64,000 nucleotides of DNA from Nitrospirota bacterium (GCA_049323875.1 JBMOLW010000030.1:79500-143499), one strand, 5' to 3'. Counted from the stretch's first letter, positions 18,822-28,612 are shown. Notes: a model not told the origin generated them from the sequence alone. Numbers and translations: made by a program.

Positions 18822-19354
18822 GGACTATCGCGATTTATCCGGGTACGTTTGATCCGATAACAAACGGACATCTTGATCTCGTAAAAAGAGCCCTGAGGTT
18901 CTTTGATGAAGTGGTCATTGCAGTAGCCCCGAGCCTGAGGAAACAGACACTCTTTACCCTTGAAGAGAGGGTCGCTCTTATCCATGAATCGATACAAGGG
19001 ATGCCGGGGGCTGATGTGGAAGCTTTCCACGGGCTTCTTGTCGAATATGTGACAGAAAAGAAGGGGATAGCGATTATCCGGGGACTCAGGGCTGTATCTG
19101 ACTTTGAATATGAATTTCAGATTGCACATATGAACAGAAAACTCCGGAAAGATATCGAGACCGTATTCCTCATGCCGAGCGAGGAGTACAGCTTTCTGTC
19201 TTCAAGCATAATCAAGGAGGTCGCCTCATTCGGCGGATCGATAAAAGGCCTTGTGCCGAAAGCAGTCGAGAAGGCGATTAGCAGAAAATTCGGAAGAGAA
19301 AGAGGCAGGGAAAGAGGAAAGAGAGGTAAAGAGGAAAGGCAGGTAAAGGTATAA
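18818..19354 (+). CDS. coaD: Pantetheine-phosphate adenylyltransferase with a short Arg/Lys/Glu-rich C-terminal tail
   Basis: IAIYPGTFDPITNGHLD and SSSIIKEVASFGG. There is a 4-nt overlap with rsmD. An extra tail GRERGRERGKRGKEERQVKV is present. Confidence 0.9.
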   Translation: MRTIAIYPGTFDPITNGHLDLVKRALRFFDEVVIAVAPSLRKQTLFTLEERVALIHESIQGMPGADVEAFHGLLVEYVTEKKGIAIIRGLRAVSDFEYEFQIAHMNRKLRKDIETVFLMPSEEYSFLSSSIIKEVASFGGSIKGLVPKAVEKAISRKFGRERGRERGKRGKEERQVKV

Positions 19355-19441
19355 AAAACGAATATATGATTATTTTACTGTCTCATACTCTGCCTCTACC
19401 TGTGCCTTTTTTTTCTTAGTTAACCTTTTCACTGCCGGAGG

Positions 19442-20482
19442 ATGTGCATGTTCCGGAATGAGCTGCCGGTCCCGCCTCATTTTAACCCTGAGAAAGTCGG
19501 CGAAGTATGGAAAATCGCCTACGAGGAGATTGCGTCCAATGCCGAAGAATGGGCAGGGAAGTACGGTATCAGCCCCGCAGCAGAGGACCGGTTCAGAATA
19601 TGTCTTATCGGGGTTGATGTCCAGAATTCCTTCTGCATTCCGGGCTTCGAACTCTATGTCGGAGGCAGATCGGGGAAGGGCGCCGTTGATGACAACCTGC
19701 GCCTCTGTAAATTCATCTACAGGAACCTTGATGTTCTCACCCAGATCTGTCCTACCATGGATACCCATCAGGCCATGCAGATATTCCATGCTGTGTATCT
19801 GGTGAACGAAAAGGGCGAGCATCCTGCGCCGTTTACCATTATTACGGAGGAAGACGTACGGCAGGGCATATGGAAGTTCAACCCCCGCCTTAATTCCAGT
19901 TTTCCGGTAACAGAAGACTACGGACAGAGGCATCTCCTCCACTATGTAATGCAGTTGAGAAAAAGCGGGAAATATGACCTTACCGTATGGCCGTACCATG
20001 CGATGCTCGGGGGGATCGGTCATGCGCTTGTCCCGGCGGCGGAAGAAGCCATTTTTTTCCATACTCTTGCACGCTGCAGTCAGCCGCACTTCCTGGTAAA
20101 AGGGGACAGACCCTTCACTGAACATTATTCGGTCCTCGGACCCGAGGTGCTGGAAGGTCCTTCCGGAGAACCAATCGCGCAGAAAAACGATGTGTTTTTC
20201 AGGAAGATGTTCGAATTCGATGCGATTCTTATCGCAGGGCAGGCGAAGAGCCATTGTGTTGCATGGACGATCCAGGACCTTCTTGATGACATCCTCACCC
20301 AGGACAGGAGACTGGCTGAAAAGATATATCTCATGGAGGACTGCACCTCTCCGGTAGTTGTGCCGGGGATGATTGATTATACGGAGCAGGCTGATGCTGC
20401 ATTCAGACGTTTTGCAGAATCGGGGATGCATATCGTCCGCTCCACAGACCCTCTTGAACAATGGCCCGGAATAAGACTCTGA
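19442..20482 (+). CDS. Isochorismatase-like cysteine hydrolase family protein (enlarged, 346 aa)
   Basis: [10 protein letters not shown] (family D-x-Q-N-x-F motif) and [11 protein letters not shown] (catalytic Cys context). The SD GGAGG favours ATG 19448 over 19442. The 3' end overlaps the ppsR start by 22 nt. Confidence 0.6.
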   Translation: MCMFRNELPVPPHFNPEKVGEVWKIAYEEIASNAEEWAGKYGISPAAEDRFRICLIGVDVQNSFCIPGFELYVGGRSGKGAVDDNLRLCKFIYRNLDVLTQICPTMDTHQAMQIFHAVYLVNEKGEHPAPFTIITEEDVRQGIWKFNPRLNSSFPVTEDYGQRHLLHYVMQLRKSGKYDLTVWPYHAMLGGIGHALVPAAEEAIFFHTLARCSQPHFLVKGDRPFTEHYSVLGPEVLEGPSGEPIAQKNDVFFRKMFEFDAILIAGQAKSHCVAWTIQDLLDDILTQDRRLAEKIYLMEDCTSPVVVPGMIDYTEQADAAFRRFAESGMHIVRSTDPLEQWPGIRL

Positions 20483-21327
20483 AATCACCGAAGAAAAAAG
20501 TACAGGTGTTCATCATATCTGATGCCACAGGATTAACGGCTGAAATGGTAATCAGTGCAGCGCTGGTACAGTTCAGGGAGATCGAGCCGGTCTTTAAGAA
20601 ATTCCCTTACATCAGAACAGGGGAACAGATAAGCGCCATCTTTTCGCAGGCGGAAGCAGCGCACGGCATCGTAATATATTCGCTCGTTTCCCAGGACCTC
20701 AGGACATGGGTCCGCAGGGAAAAGAGAAAGAGGAACGTGTTTGCAGTCGATATCCTCGGATCGCTTATCGACCAGATTGGAAGAATATGGAATCTTATCC
20801 CGGAATTCAGTCCCGGCCTGCTTAACAGGGTGAGTGAAGAATCGATCCGCCTTGCGGAATCCATTGATTTCACCCTGAGGCATGATGACGGTCTGGGTGC
20901 TGATACGATCGAACAGGCTGATCTGATCCTGTTCGGGGTCTCAAGGACGTCCAAGACGCCGACAAGCCTTTATCTTTCCTGCAATCAGAACCTTAAGGTT
21001 GCGAATATCCCGATCATAGAGAACGTTGACCCTCCGGAGAAGGTTTATTCCCTCGGCATGCAGAAAGTGGGATTTACCATTTCAGCCGAGAGGCTTGCGT
21101 TCATACGGGAGAGGAGGATGAAATATGCGGAAGCGAATGACTATCTTGATCTTTCACATATCCGGGAGGAGATAGAATACAGCCACCGCATATACAGAAA
21201 GGTCCCGGGTATCCAGATTATCGATGTGACGCACAGCTCCATCGAAGAGGTTGCGAATAAGATCATGGAGTGGAGACAGGAACCCGTTAAAGATGGAAAG
21301 GAGGAAATGTCCGATGCAACGAAATGA
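20461..21327 (+). CDS. ppsR: PEP synthase regulatory protein (DUF299 kinase/pyrophosphorylase), copy 1
   Basis: [13 protein letters not shown] at the N-terminus, the P-loop [14 protein letters not shown] and the C-terminal SIEEVANKI. Confidence 0.85.
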   Translation: MARNKTLKSPKKKVQVFIISDATGLTAEMVISAALVQFREIEPVFKKFPYIRTGEQISAIFSQAEAAHGIVIYSLVSQDLRTWVRREKRKRNVFAVDILGSLIDQIGRIWNLIPEFSPGLLNRVSEESIRLAESIDFTLRHDDGLGADTIEQADLILFGVSRTSKTPTSLYLSCNQNLKVANIPIIENVDPPEKVYSLGMQKVGFTISAERLAFIRERRMKYAEANDYLDLSHIREEIEYSHRIYRKVPGIQIIDVTHSSIEEVANKIMEWRQEPVKDGKEEMSDATK

Positions 21328-23704
21328 TTTTGTGTTATGGTTCAAAGACCTTGGCAAGGAGGATATCCCGCGTGTCGGCGGCAAGTGCGCAAATCTTGGC
21401 GAGCTTCTGGGCAAGGTCGGTGTTCCCGTGCCCGACGGGTTTGCCGTTTCGGCAGGCACGTACAAACAGTTCCTCGAAAGGACACAGACGCATAAAACAA
21501 TACAAAAACTCCTCTCCGGCCTCGTTTCCACAGACATGGATGCGCTGAACAGGATTTCCGGAAAAATACGGAAGCATATCGAGGGAATTCCCATGCCGAA
21601 CGATATGGAAAAGGCTTTCCTCGCTGCATACCGGGAGCTCTGCAAGCGGACAGGGAAGAAGAACGTTCCGGTTGCGGTGAGGTCCTCTGCAACTGCCGAG
21701 GACCTGCCTGGCGCGAGTTTCGCAGGACAGCAGGACACCTTCCTGAATGTAACGGAGAAGACCCTTGTCAGCAGTATCAGGAAATGCTGGAGCTCCCTCT
21801 TTACACCCCGTGCCATCGTGTACCGGAAAGAGAAGGGGTTTTCCCATGATGATGTGCTCATCAGCGTAGCGGTACAGGAGCTTGTCTTCTCTGCCGCCTC
21901 CGGGGTCATGTTTACGCTGGAACCGGTAAGCGGAGATACCGGAAGGATCGTGATCAATGCTTCATGGGGCCTCGGAGAGGCGGTTGTGAGCGGACAGGTG
22001 ACGCCGGACGAATATGTTGTTGAGAAAGAGTCGATGAAGATCGTGGAAAAACATGTAGTCAGGAAAGACAGGCAGATTGTGTCTGATGCGAAGGGCGGAA
22101 CGAACTGGGTGAAAGTTCAGGAGCCGATGCAGAAACAGCCGGTGCTTGACGATGCTTCAATCGTCCGTCTCGCTGAATATGGCATCCAGATAGAGAAGCA
22201 TTACGGGGTACCCCAGGACATTGAATGGGCGGTTGATGATTCGGGCAGGCTGTTCATTCTCCAGGCCCGCCCGGAAACGGTCCACGGCGCTGAAGGAGCG
22301 CGGACAATCACAGAAGGGAAGGAGCATATGGAAAGAGATATCCTGTTGAGAGGCATCGGGGTGAGCCCCGGTCAGGCGTCAGGCAAAGTGAAAACCATTC
22401 TGGATGTGAAGAAGATATCCGGGTTCCGCGAGGGAGAAATTCTTGTCACGGAGATGACCACTCCTGACTGGGTTCCTGCAATGAAGATCGCAGCAGCTAT
22501 CGTGACGAACCTGGGAGGAAAGACCTGCCATGCAGCCATTGTCAGCAGGGAGCTTGGAGTCCCCTGCATTGTCGGCACGGAGAACGCGACAAAAGTCCTG
22601 AAAGACGGCCAAGTGATTACGGTTGACGGGCAGAGGGGACTGATCTACAGGGGTTCGGTAGCAAAGAAGGGGGAGCCGTCCGCGCCTGTACAGGGAGTGG
22701 CAGATATGTCGGCACAGATTGTTACAGCAACTAAAGTTTACGTAAATATCTCAATCCCTGAGATAGCGGACAGGATAGCGAAGGAGACGAATGCGGACGG
22801 CGTAGGGCTTCTTCGCGCAGAGCACCTCATGCTCAGCATAGGCAAGCATCCGAGACTTCTGCTTGAAGAAGGAGGGGAAAAGGTCATGCTCGATACCTTT
22901 GCGAACGGTGTCGGCAGGGTTGCGGAAGCGTTTTTCCCGAAACCCGTTGTGTACCGGTTTCTCGATTTCAAGCCGGATGAATTTCTCGAACTCCCCGGAG
23001 GGGAGAAATATGAAAGGAAGAACGTGGGCCCGAATCCGATGATCGGATACCGCGGAGAATACCGGTATTCCAAAGAGGATGATATCTTCAGGCTCGAATT
23101 ACGAGCGATCCGGCAGGCCCGGGAAAAGATGGGGCTGCATAACATCTGGGTCATGGTACCTTTCGTACGGACACTGGACATATTCAGAAAGACGGTCTCG
23201 ATCATGCGCGAAGAGGGTCTGGACAACCGGAATGACCCGGGTTTCCAGCTCTGGATAATGGTCGAGGTCCCGAGTGCGGTATTCATGATCAGGGAGTTCT
23301 GCAGGGAAGGGATCGACGGGGTGAGTTTCGGGACCAATGACCTTACCATGCTCGTCCTCGGCGTTGACAGAAATGATACTTCGGTGCAGGAACTGTACGA
23401 CGAACGGAACCTCGGCGTCCTCCGTGCAATTGCCTATACCATGGCGATATGCAGAAAACAGGGCGTGACGACCTCCATCTGCGGACAGGCCCCGAGCGTG
23501 TACCCTGACTATCTCGAGTTCATGATACGGTGCGGAGCCACTTCGATATCTGTGAATCCGGATACGGTCATTTCCTCAAGAAGAAGCGTGGCTGTGGTTG
23601 AACAGAAAATACAGATGGAAAAGGCGCTCGGTATTGTGACGAAACCGAAGATAGCAAAAATTCCCCTTGAAGAGGTGTTCTTTTGGAGAGGGATGGAAGA
23701 ATAG
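21314..23704 (+). CDS. ppsA: Phosphoenolpyruvate synthase (pyruvate, water dikinase)
   Basis: VGGKCANLGEL, SSATAEDLPGASFAGQQDT, the phospho-His region GGKTCHAAIVSRELGVPCIVG and the C-terminal PEP-utilising TIM domain (GVSFGTNDL). ATG 21314 is preceded by AAGGAGGA and overlaps the ppsR end. Confidence 0.9.
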   Translation: MQRNDFVLWFKDLGKEDIPRVGGKCANLGELLGKVGVPVPDGFAVSAGTYKQFLERTQTHKTIQKLLSGLVSTDMDALNRISGKIRKHIEGIPMPNDMEKAFLAAYRELCKRTGKKNVPVAVRSSATAEDLPGASFAGQQDTFLNVTEKTLVSSIRKCWSSLFTPRAIVYRKEKGFSHDDVLISVAVQELVFSAASGVMFTLEPVSGDTGRIVINASWGLGEAVVSGQVTPDEYVVEKESMKIVEKHVVRKDRQIVSDAKGGTNWVKVQEPMQKQPVLDDASIVRLAEYGIQIEKHYGVPQDIEWAVDDSGRLFILQARPETVHGAEGARTITEGKEHMERDILLRGIGVSPGQASGKVKTILDVKKISGFREGEILVTEMTTPDWVPAMKIAAAIVTNLGGKTCHAAIVSRELGVPCIVGTENATKVLKDGQVITVDGQRGLIYRGSVAKKGEPSAPVQGVADMSAQIVTATKVYVNISIPEIADRIAKETNADGVGLLRAEHLMLSIGKHPRLLLEEGGEKVMLDTFANGVGRVAEAFFPKPVVYRFLDFKPDEFLELPGGEKYERKNVGPNPMIGYRGEYRYSKEDDIFRLELRAIRQAREKMGLHNIWVMVPFVRTLDIFRKTVSIMREEGLDNRNDPGFQLWIMVEVPSAVFMIREFCREGIDGVSFGTNDLTMLVLGVDRNDTSVQELYDERNLGVLRAIAYTMAICRKQGVTTSICGQAPSVYPDYLEFMIRCGATSISVNPDTVISSRRSVAVVEQKIQMEKALGIVTKPKIAKIPLEEVFFWRGMEE

Positions 23705-24249
23705 AGGATTTCACAGCGTATATCGCAGAAAGATACCGGTCCGTTGCAGAAATCGGGATCGGACATTACCCCGATGTAGCCTATGCCCTGAAGAACAGGG
23801 GAGTGCGGGTTTTCGCAACGGATGTAAGGCCGTTTTCATACGACGGACTCAGGGTCGTGCATGACGATATAACCGGGCCTGAGATTGGATTGTATGAAGG
23901 CGTACAACTCCTCTATTCCCTGAGGACGCCTTCTGAGCTTGTCCCATACATGGAAACACTGGCGAGGGCGATTTCAGCCGATTTGATGATAAAACCCCTT
24001 TCTTCTGAATTTCTGAGCGGGAAAATAGTCAGGAACGGGGGCATAACATTCTATCTCTGGAAGTTTTCACTGCCTTCTCAAATACCGTGTCTGACTCGGA
24101 ACCCTGTTTCTGATTATTCAGAAGGAGGGAACGGGACGCTGCAATATATTCAGCATGACAGACAAAAAGGCCGGATAAATGAAAAAAACACAGACACAGA
24201 CAAAAAAGAGACCCTCAGCGAAGAAAAAAGTTATCTATCTCGTCGGTGA
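23683..24249 (+). CDS. UPF0146-family protein (archaeal-type, Rossmann/SAM-methyltransferase-like)
   Basis: VAEIGIGHYPDVAYALKNRGVRVFATDV...VHDDITGPEIGLYEGVQLLYSLRTPSELVPYM...LMIKPLSSE follows the UPF0146 pattern (E-x-G-x-G, DDI..P, IYSIRPP.EL, I.PL) as I recall it. It has a TTG start with an upstream GAAGAGG and overlaps ppsA (22 nt) and ppsR' (71 nt). Confidence 0.6.
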   Translation: MERDGRIEDFTAYIAERYRSVAEIGIGHYPDVAYALKNRGVRVFATDVRPFSYDGLRVVHDDITGPEIGLYEGVQLLYSLRTPSELVPYMETLARAISADLMIKPLSSEFLSGKIVRNGGITFYLWKFSLPSQIPCLTRNPVSDYSEGGNGTLQYIQHDRQKGRINEKNTDTDKKETLSEEKSYLSRR

Positions 24250-25033
24250 GGGAACGGGTGATACGATCAGCAAGATTGCACGCGCTGCACTTGCACAGTT
24301 TCACCATGAACAGGTGGAAGTGAAGAATTTTTTCATGGTAACGGAAGAAACGTATATATCGCATATCATGAAAACAGCCGCTTCAGACGACGCTCTGGTG
24401 GCATTTAGTATTGTCCAGCCTCCTCTCAGGGATTTCCTTATCCATGAGGCAGAGCGGAGGGGGATTAAGGCGATTGACGTGATAGGGAACTTCATCATAC
24501 AGTTGTCGATATTCCTCAGGGAAAAGCCCCTTGAGATTCCGGGGAGGCAGTACATCCTTGATGAACATTATTTCAGACGGATAGAGGCGATCAATTTCGC
24601 AGTGAAACATGACGACGGGAAACTGCCCGGCGGGATGAAACACGCCGATATAATCCTTACAGGGTTGTCGAGGACAGGGAAGACGCCGCTGGCAACGTAT
24701 CTTGCGAACCAGGGTTGGAAAGTGGCAAATGTCCCGATCCATCCGGATATGGAACCCCCTCGTGAACTTTTCGAGGTGGATCAGCAGAAGGTCTTCGCGC
24801 TGATCATCAATGTTGAAAGTCTCGTTAAGCTGCGGGAGGCAAGGCTCGAACAGCTCGGACTCGAACCGGATGCAAAGTATGCAGACCCGGTGTATGTCGA
24901 GCAGGAGATCGAATGGTGCGAAGAATTTTTCGCCAGGCATCCCAAATGGAAGATCATGAACGTCTCGAACAAGGCTATCGAGGAAGTCGCAGCAAGTATT
25001 GTAAGTACCTTCAGGAACGGTAAGGCCCATTAG
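24179..25033 (+). CDS. Second DUF299 kinase/pyrophosphorylase (PpsR/PDRP paralog)
   Basis: VIYLVGEGTGDT at the N-terminus and the P-loop GLSRTGKTPLATYL. It has the same architecture and the same basic N-terminal leader as copy 1. Confidence 0.85.
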   Translation: MKKTQTQTKKRPSAKKKVIYLVGEGTGDTISKIARAALAQFHHEQVEVKNFFMVTEETYISHIMKTAASDDALVAFSIVQPPLRDFLIHEAERRGIKAIDVIGNFIIQLSIFLREKPLEIPGRQYILDEHYFRRIEAINFAVKHDDGKLPGGMKHADIILTGLSRTGKTPLATYLANQGWKVANVPIHPDMEPPRELFEVDQQKVFALIINVESLVKLREARLEQLGLEPDAKYADPVYVEQEIEWCEEFFARHPKWKIMNVSNKAIEEVAASIVSTFRNGKAH

Positions 25034-25264
25034 CCGGGATTATTCACAGACCATTCCTGTCCCTGTTCATGGGCTTACTCCTTGAAGACGGGCTGGAGAA
25101 CCATACCGCTGATTCCCTCACAGACAGTATAGAGTGAATACCCGGCATGCCGCCGCAGCAGAATGGTTTTCCGGTATCCTCTTTCCTGAAACCTGATATA
25201 ATTATGCTGAATACAACAGAGAATTACCGGGAGACTGTCCATCGATCAATGGGGGTGAGTTGTC

Positions 25265-25612
25265 ATGCAGGACATGGTTAAGCTGATAGCAAATTATATC
25301 GCGGTATCGGCAGAAGCGATAGCAGTAATTTTTATCGTCACAGGTATTCTCGGAGCCCTGGCAATCTATACAAGAAAAGCGTTTCTCTTTCGTCATGAGT
25401 ATAAGGCAATGACGGAAAGCAGAACGCATCTCGGACACTCATTGTCAGTTGCCCTCGAGTTCCTGATAGCTGCTGATGTTCTGAAAACAGCAATTGCCCC
25501 GACATGGGAAGACATTGGTAAACTTGCAGCTATTGTAGGTATACGGACAGTTTTGAACTATTTCCTCCACAGGGAACTGAAGGAGATGGAAGCAACCTCC
25601 AAAATCATATAG
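25265..25612 (+). CDS. Small integral membrane protein (DUF1622-like)
   Basis: 115 aa with hydrophobic helices (IAVSAEAIAVIFIVTGILGALAI; LSVALEFLIAADVL; LAAIVGIRTVLNYFL). The SD ggggtgag precedes the ATG. The family name comes from memory of the DUF1622 pattern. Confidence 0.55.
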   Translation: MQDMVKLIANYIAVSAEAIAVIFIVTGILGALAIYTRKAFLFRHEYKAMTESRTHLGHSLSVALEFLIAADVLKTAIAPTWEDIGKLAAIVGIRTVLNYFLHRELKEMEATSKII

Positions 25613-25698
25613 CCTGCTCATGGTTGCTCCCTATACAAAAAACTGTTTTTGTAATACCATGATTCCCTGCTCATAAGAAAGGAACCGGCCGAAAAAAC

Positions 25699-27324
25699 AT
25701 GAAAAATGCTGTAATGGTAAACAATGCTGAAGGTCTGTTTCCGGATACTTCTGATATCCCGGAACGGGTTCGCATGAACGGGCCGATAATGCAGCATGAA
25801 TACCTGATCAATGGTGAATTAAGGATATGGACCGGTGAAATGCAGGAAGTCAGGTCGCCGATACTCCTGAAGAGTCCGTCGGGCCTGATGAGCCCGCTGG
25901 TGGGTTCCTATCCTCTGCTCACGGAAAAAGAATCGATGGAAGCCCTTGTTTCCGCGATCTCTGCATATGATCAGGGAAGAGGACGCTGGCCCTCGATGTC
26001 TGTCCGCAACAGAATCGCATGTATTGAAGGCTTTCTGGAAGAGATGCTCTCAAAGAAGGAAGAGATACTGACGCTCTTCATGTGGGAGATCGGCAAATCT
26101 CTGGAAGGCGCATTGCAGGAATTCGACCGGACAACCGAATATATCCGGAACACTCTTGACGCGCTCAAAAGCATGGACCGTTCTTCTGCGGAGTGCGTGA
26201 GGGAGCAGGGAATCCTCGGGTATATCCGGAGAGCGCCGCTGGGAGTTGTGCTCTGCATGGGGCCGTATAATTATCCTCTGAATGAGACCCTGTCTATCCT
26301 TATCCCGGCACTGGTAATGGGAAACACTGCGGTCATTAAACCTCCGAAACTTGGCGTCCTCCTTCACTCTCCGCTGCTCAGGGCATTCCGGAGTTCTTTC
26401 CCCCCGGGTGTTGTGAATATCGTGTATGGGGACGGGAAGCAGATCATTCCTCCACTCTTGCGAACCGGCAAGGTGGATGTGCTGGCTTTTATCGGATCGA
26501 GCAGGGTCGCTGAGAAACTGAAGGGCATGCACCCGAAACCACACAGGCTCCGTTCCATATTGGGACTGGAGGCAAAAAACCCGGGGATCATCCTCCCGGA
26601 GGCAGACATGGAGACCGCGGTACAGGAATGCATTCAGGGGAGTCTGGCATTCAACGGACAACGTTGCACAGCCCTGAAAATACTCTTTGTGCACTCCAGG
26701 GTTGTGCGAACGTTTCTTGAGGGTTTTGCAGAAGAGATGGAACGCTTGCAGTGCGGCATGCCGTGGGAAGGGGGTGTCGTAATCACTCCTCTTGCGGAAC
26801 CCGCAAGGGTGTCATTCCTGAAGGAACTTGTGCAGGATGCTGAACAACACGGAGCTCATGTCATGAACAGGTCAGGCGGAGTTGTCCTGGGAACCCTATT
26901 CTGTCCGACCCTGCTTTATCCTGTGAATGAACATATGAGAATCTACCGTGAGGAGCAGTTCGGGCCTGTAGTGCCGGTCGTTCCTTTTGACGATATTGAA
27001 ACGCCGATACGCTATATTATTGAATCGAGCTACGGCCAGCAGGCGAGTATTTTCGGTAAGGATCATGAGACAATGCGGAAACTGACTGATATCCTGGTCA
27101 CTCAGGTATGCCGGGTGAATATCAACTCTCTGTGTCAGAGAGGCCCTGATGTGTTTCCTTTTGCCGGAAGGAAGGATTCGGGAGAGGGAACGCTTTCCGT
27201 GTCTGACGCGCTACAGGTGTTTTCGATCCGCACAATGGTTACTACCCGGGATTTTAAGGACAATGAGGAAGTGCTCGCAGCTATTGTAAGGGGTAGCGCC
27301 TCAGAAATAGATCCCGCCAACTGA
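25699..27324 (+). CDS. Aldehyde dehydrogenase, non-phosphorylating glyceraldehyde-3-phosphate dehydrogenase (GapN)-like
   Basis: ALDH fold with GLEAKNPGII (catalytic Glu region), FNGQRCTALK (catalytic Cys in the GQRCTA context typical of GapN) and EEQFGPV. Confidence 0.75.
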   Translation: MKNAVMVNNAEGLFPDTSDIPERVRMNGPIMQHEYLINGELRIWTGEMQEVRSPILLKSPSGLMSPLVGSYPLLTEKESMEALVSAISAYDQGRGRWPSMSVRNRIACIEGFLEEMLSKKEEILTLFMWEIGKSLEGALQEFDRTTEYIRNTLDALKSMDRSSAECVREQGILGYIRRAPLGVVLCMGPYNYPLNETLSILIPALVMGNTAVIKPPKLGVLLHSPLLRAFRSSFPPGVVNIVYGDGKQIIPPLLRTGKVDVLAFIGSSRVAEKLKGMHPKPHRLRSILGLEAKNPGIILPEADMETAVQECIQGSLAFNGQRCTALKILFVHSRVVRTFLEGFAEEMERLQCGMPWEGGVVITPLAEPARVSFLKELVQDAEQHGAHVMNRSGGVVLGTLFCPTLLYPVNEHMRIYREEQFGPVVPVVPFDDIETPIRYIIESSYGQQASIFGKDHETMRKLTDILVTQVCRVNINSLCQRGPDVFPFAGRKDSGEGTLSVSDALQVFSIRTMVTTRDFKDNEEVLAAIVRGSASEIDPAN

Positions 27325-27325
27325 G

Positions 27326-28612
27326 CTAGAGCAGCCCGGTCGCATACCGCAGGCGGATTCCGGACAGGACGGCATCGTATACTGCGTTGTAATAATTACT
27401 GTAGCTCCTGACCCGCAGCGTTTCCGCATCGAGCACTTCCGTATTCGTGCCGACTCCCTCGCGGTACCGTTCCTTTACAACCTTGAGGTTTTCCTCGGCC
27501 TGCGACATGGCCTCACGGGTGACCTCTATGCGCATGAGTGTTTCGTTGAGGTCGAGGAACGCCTGGCGTACCTGAAGGGCGATGACCGAGGAGATGTCCG
27601 CTCTCTGTTTTTCGACAGACTCGGATTTCAGGATGAGCGCCGCGGCGTTATGGCGTGCGGATCCTCCGTCGAACAGTTCCCATCTCAGACCAAGGGTGGC
27701 AGACCAGAGGTCTTCATATACCTGGTACCTGTTTTCTGTATAACTATAGCTCCCCCTGAAGAGCAGCTGTGGCAAAACTGATGATCGGGCCTGAGTTGCC
27801 TGGAAACGGAGGGCCTTTGACTGCTCTTCAAGGGACGACAACTCGGGCCTTTTTCCAAGGGCAATCGCAGTGAGGTCGCTCAAAGGCATCTTTTCGGGTT
27901 CAGCGGAAAGCTCGTCGAGGGTAACTGCTCCGTCGAGCGGCCTGCCGGTCAGTCTGTTATACGAAGCTTTTGCGATGTGCAGGGTGTTTTCCGCCTGGAA
28001 GAAACGCTGGCGTGCATCAGACAATTCAACCTGTGCGGCCAGGAGATCGTTTTTTGTAATCATACCCTGATCATAGAAATTGGCTACATCGCGGGTATAC
28101 GCAACAAGGCTGCTGACATTACTCTCGGCAACCTCAACGAGATGGCGGGCACGGAGAACAGCGATATAGGATTCAGCAACCCTGAGTTTGAGGTCGAGTA
28201 CGGTCTTCATTTCGTTCCGGAGTTCGGCCCTGAAACCCGAAGCTGCTGCGGCTATCCCGCTGCTGATGCGACCGCTGGTAAAAAGAGGGAGCGAGAGCGA
28301 AGCCGAATAGGACAGGCTCTTGTCTTCGGACATAGGAATCTGACTGAAGGGCAGAAGAGGATTATCGAGGGCAGCGGCGGGACTCTGGTTGAGTATTGTA
28401 TAGCTGCTCTCGAGAGTCAATGATGGAAACCGCAACGCTTCCGAAGCATCGAGGCGCCTTGCAGAATATTCGACATCCTTTTTTGCTGCGAGCAGGCGGT
28501 TGTCAGCTGCAAGAGCCCTTTCCCATCCCTCTTCCAGTGTTTCGGCAGCAACGAAACAGGGAAGGAGGAAAAGAGCAGCTGCTGTGGCAATACCCCTTAT
28601 GAGCTTTACCAT
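27326..28612 (-). CDS. TolC-family outer membrane efflux protein
   Basis: The signal peptide MVKLIRGIATAAALFLLPCFVAAE begins at the ATG at 28612 (ORF open to 28645). Two repeated TolC halves show the typical A...Y.P.L and long coiled helices. Confidence 0.8.
   Translation of the reverse strand: MVKLIRGIATAAALFLLPCFVAAETLEEGWERALAADNRLLAAKKDVEYSARRLDASEALRFPSLTLESSYTILNQSPAAALDNPLLPFSQIPMSEDKSLSYSASLSLPLFTSGRISSGIAAAASGFRAELRNEMKTVLDLKLRVAESYIAVLRARHLVEVAESNVSSLVAYTRDVANFYDQGMITKNDLLAAQVELSDARQRFFQAENTLHIAKASYNRLTGRPLDGAVTLDELSAEPEKMPLSDLTAIALGKRPELSSLEEQSKALRFQATQARSSVLPQLLFRGSYSYTENRYQVYEDLWSATLGLRWELFDGGSARHNAAALILKSESVEKQRADISSVIALQVRQAFLDLNETLMRIEVTREAMSQAEENLKVVKERYREGVGTNTEVLDAETLRVRSYSNYYNAVYDAVLSGIRLRYATGLL

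Noticed and set aside
19370-20488. A 372-aa minus-strand ORF completely overlaps the 346-aa plus-strand isochorismatase-like gene. Similar long antisense ORFs occur at 409-1356, 1872-2549, 2769-3536, 15126-15875, 21154-21957, 24383-25030, 28655-29860 and 30116-31162. These could be read as overlapping or antisense genes.
   Set aside because: For three pairs I compared the triplet phase directly (19370-20488, 28655-29860 and 409-1356 against their sense genes). In each, the antisense ORF is in exact codon register with the recognisable sense gene (same triplet phase). In that register antisense stops can arise only from sense TTA, CTA or TCA codons. Rare use of those codons automatically creates long open antisense frames. 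The others look like the same pattern, but I did not check them individually. The antisense translations carry no recognisable motifs, have odd composition and lack SD sequences, whereas the sense frames have clear family signatures.
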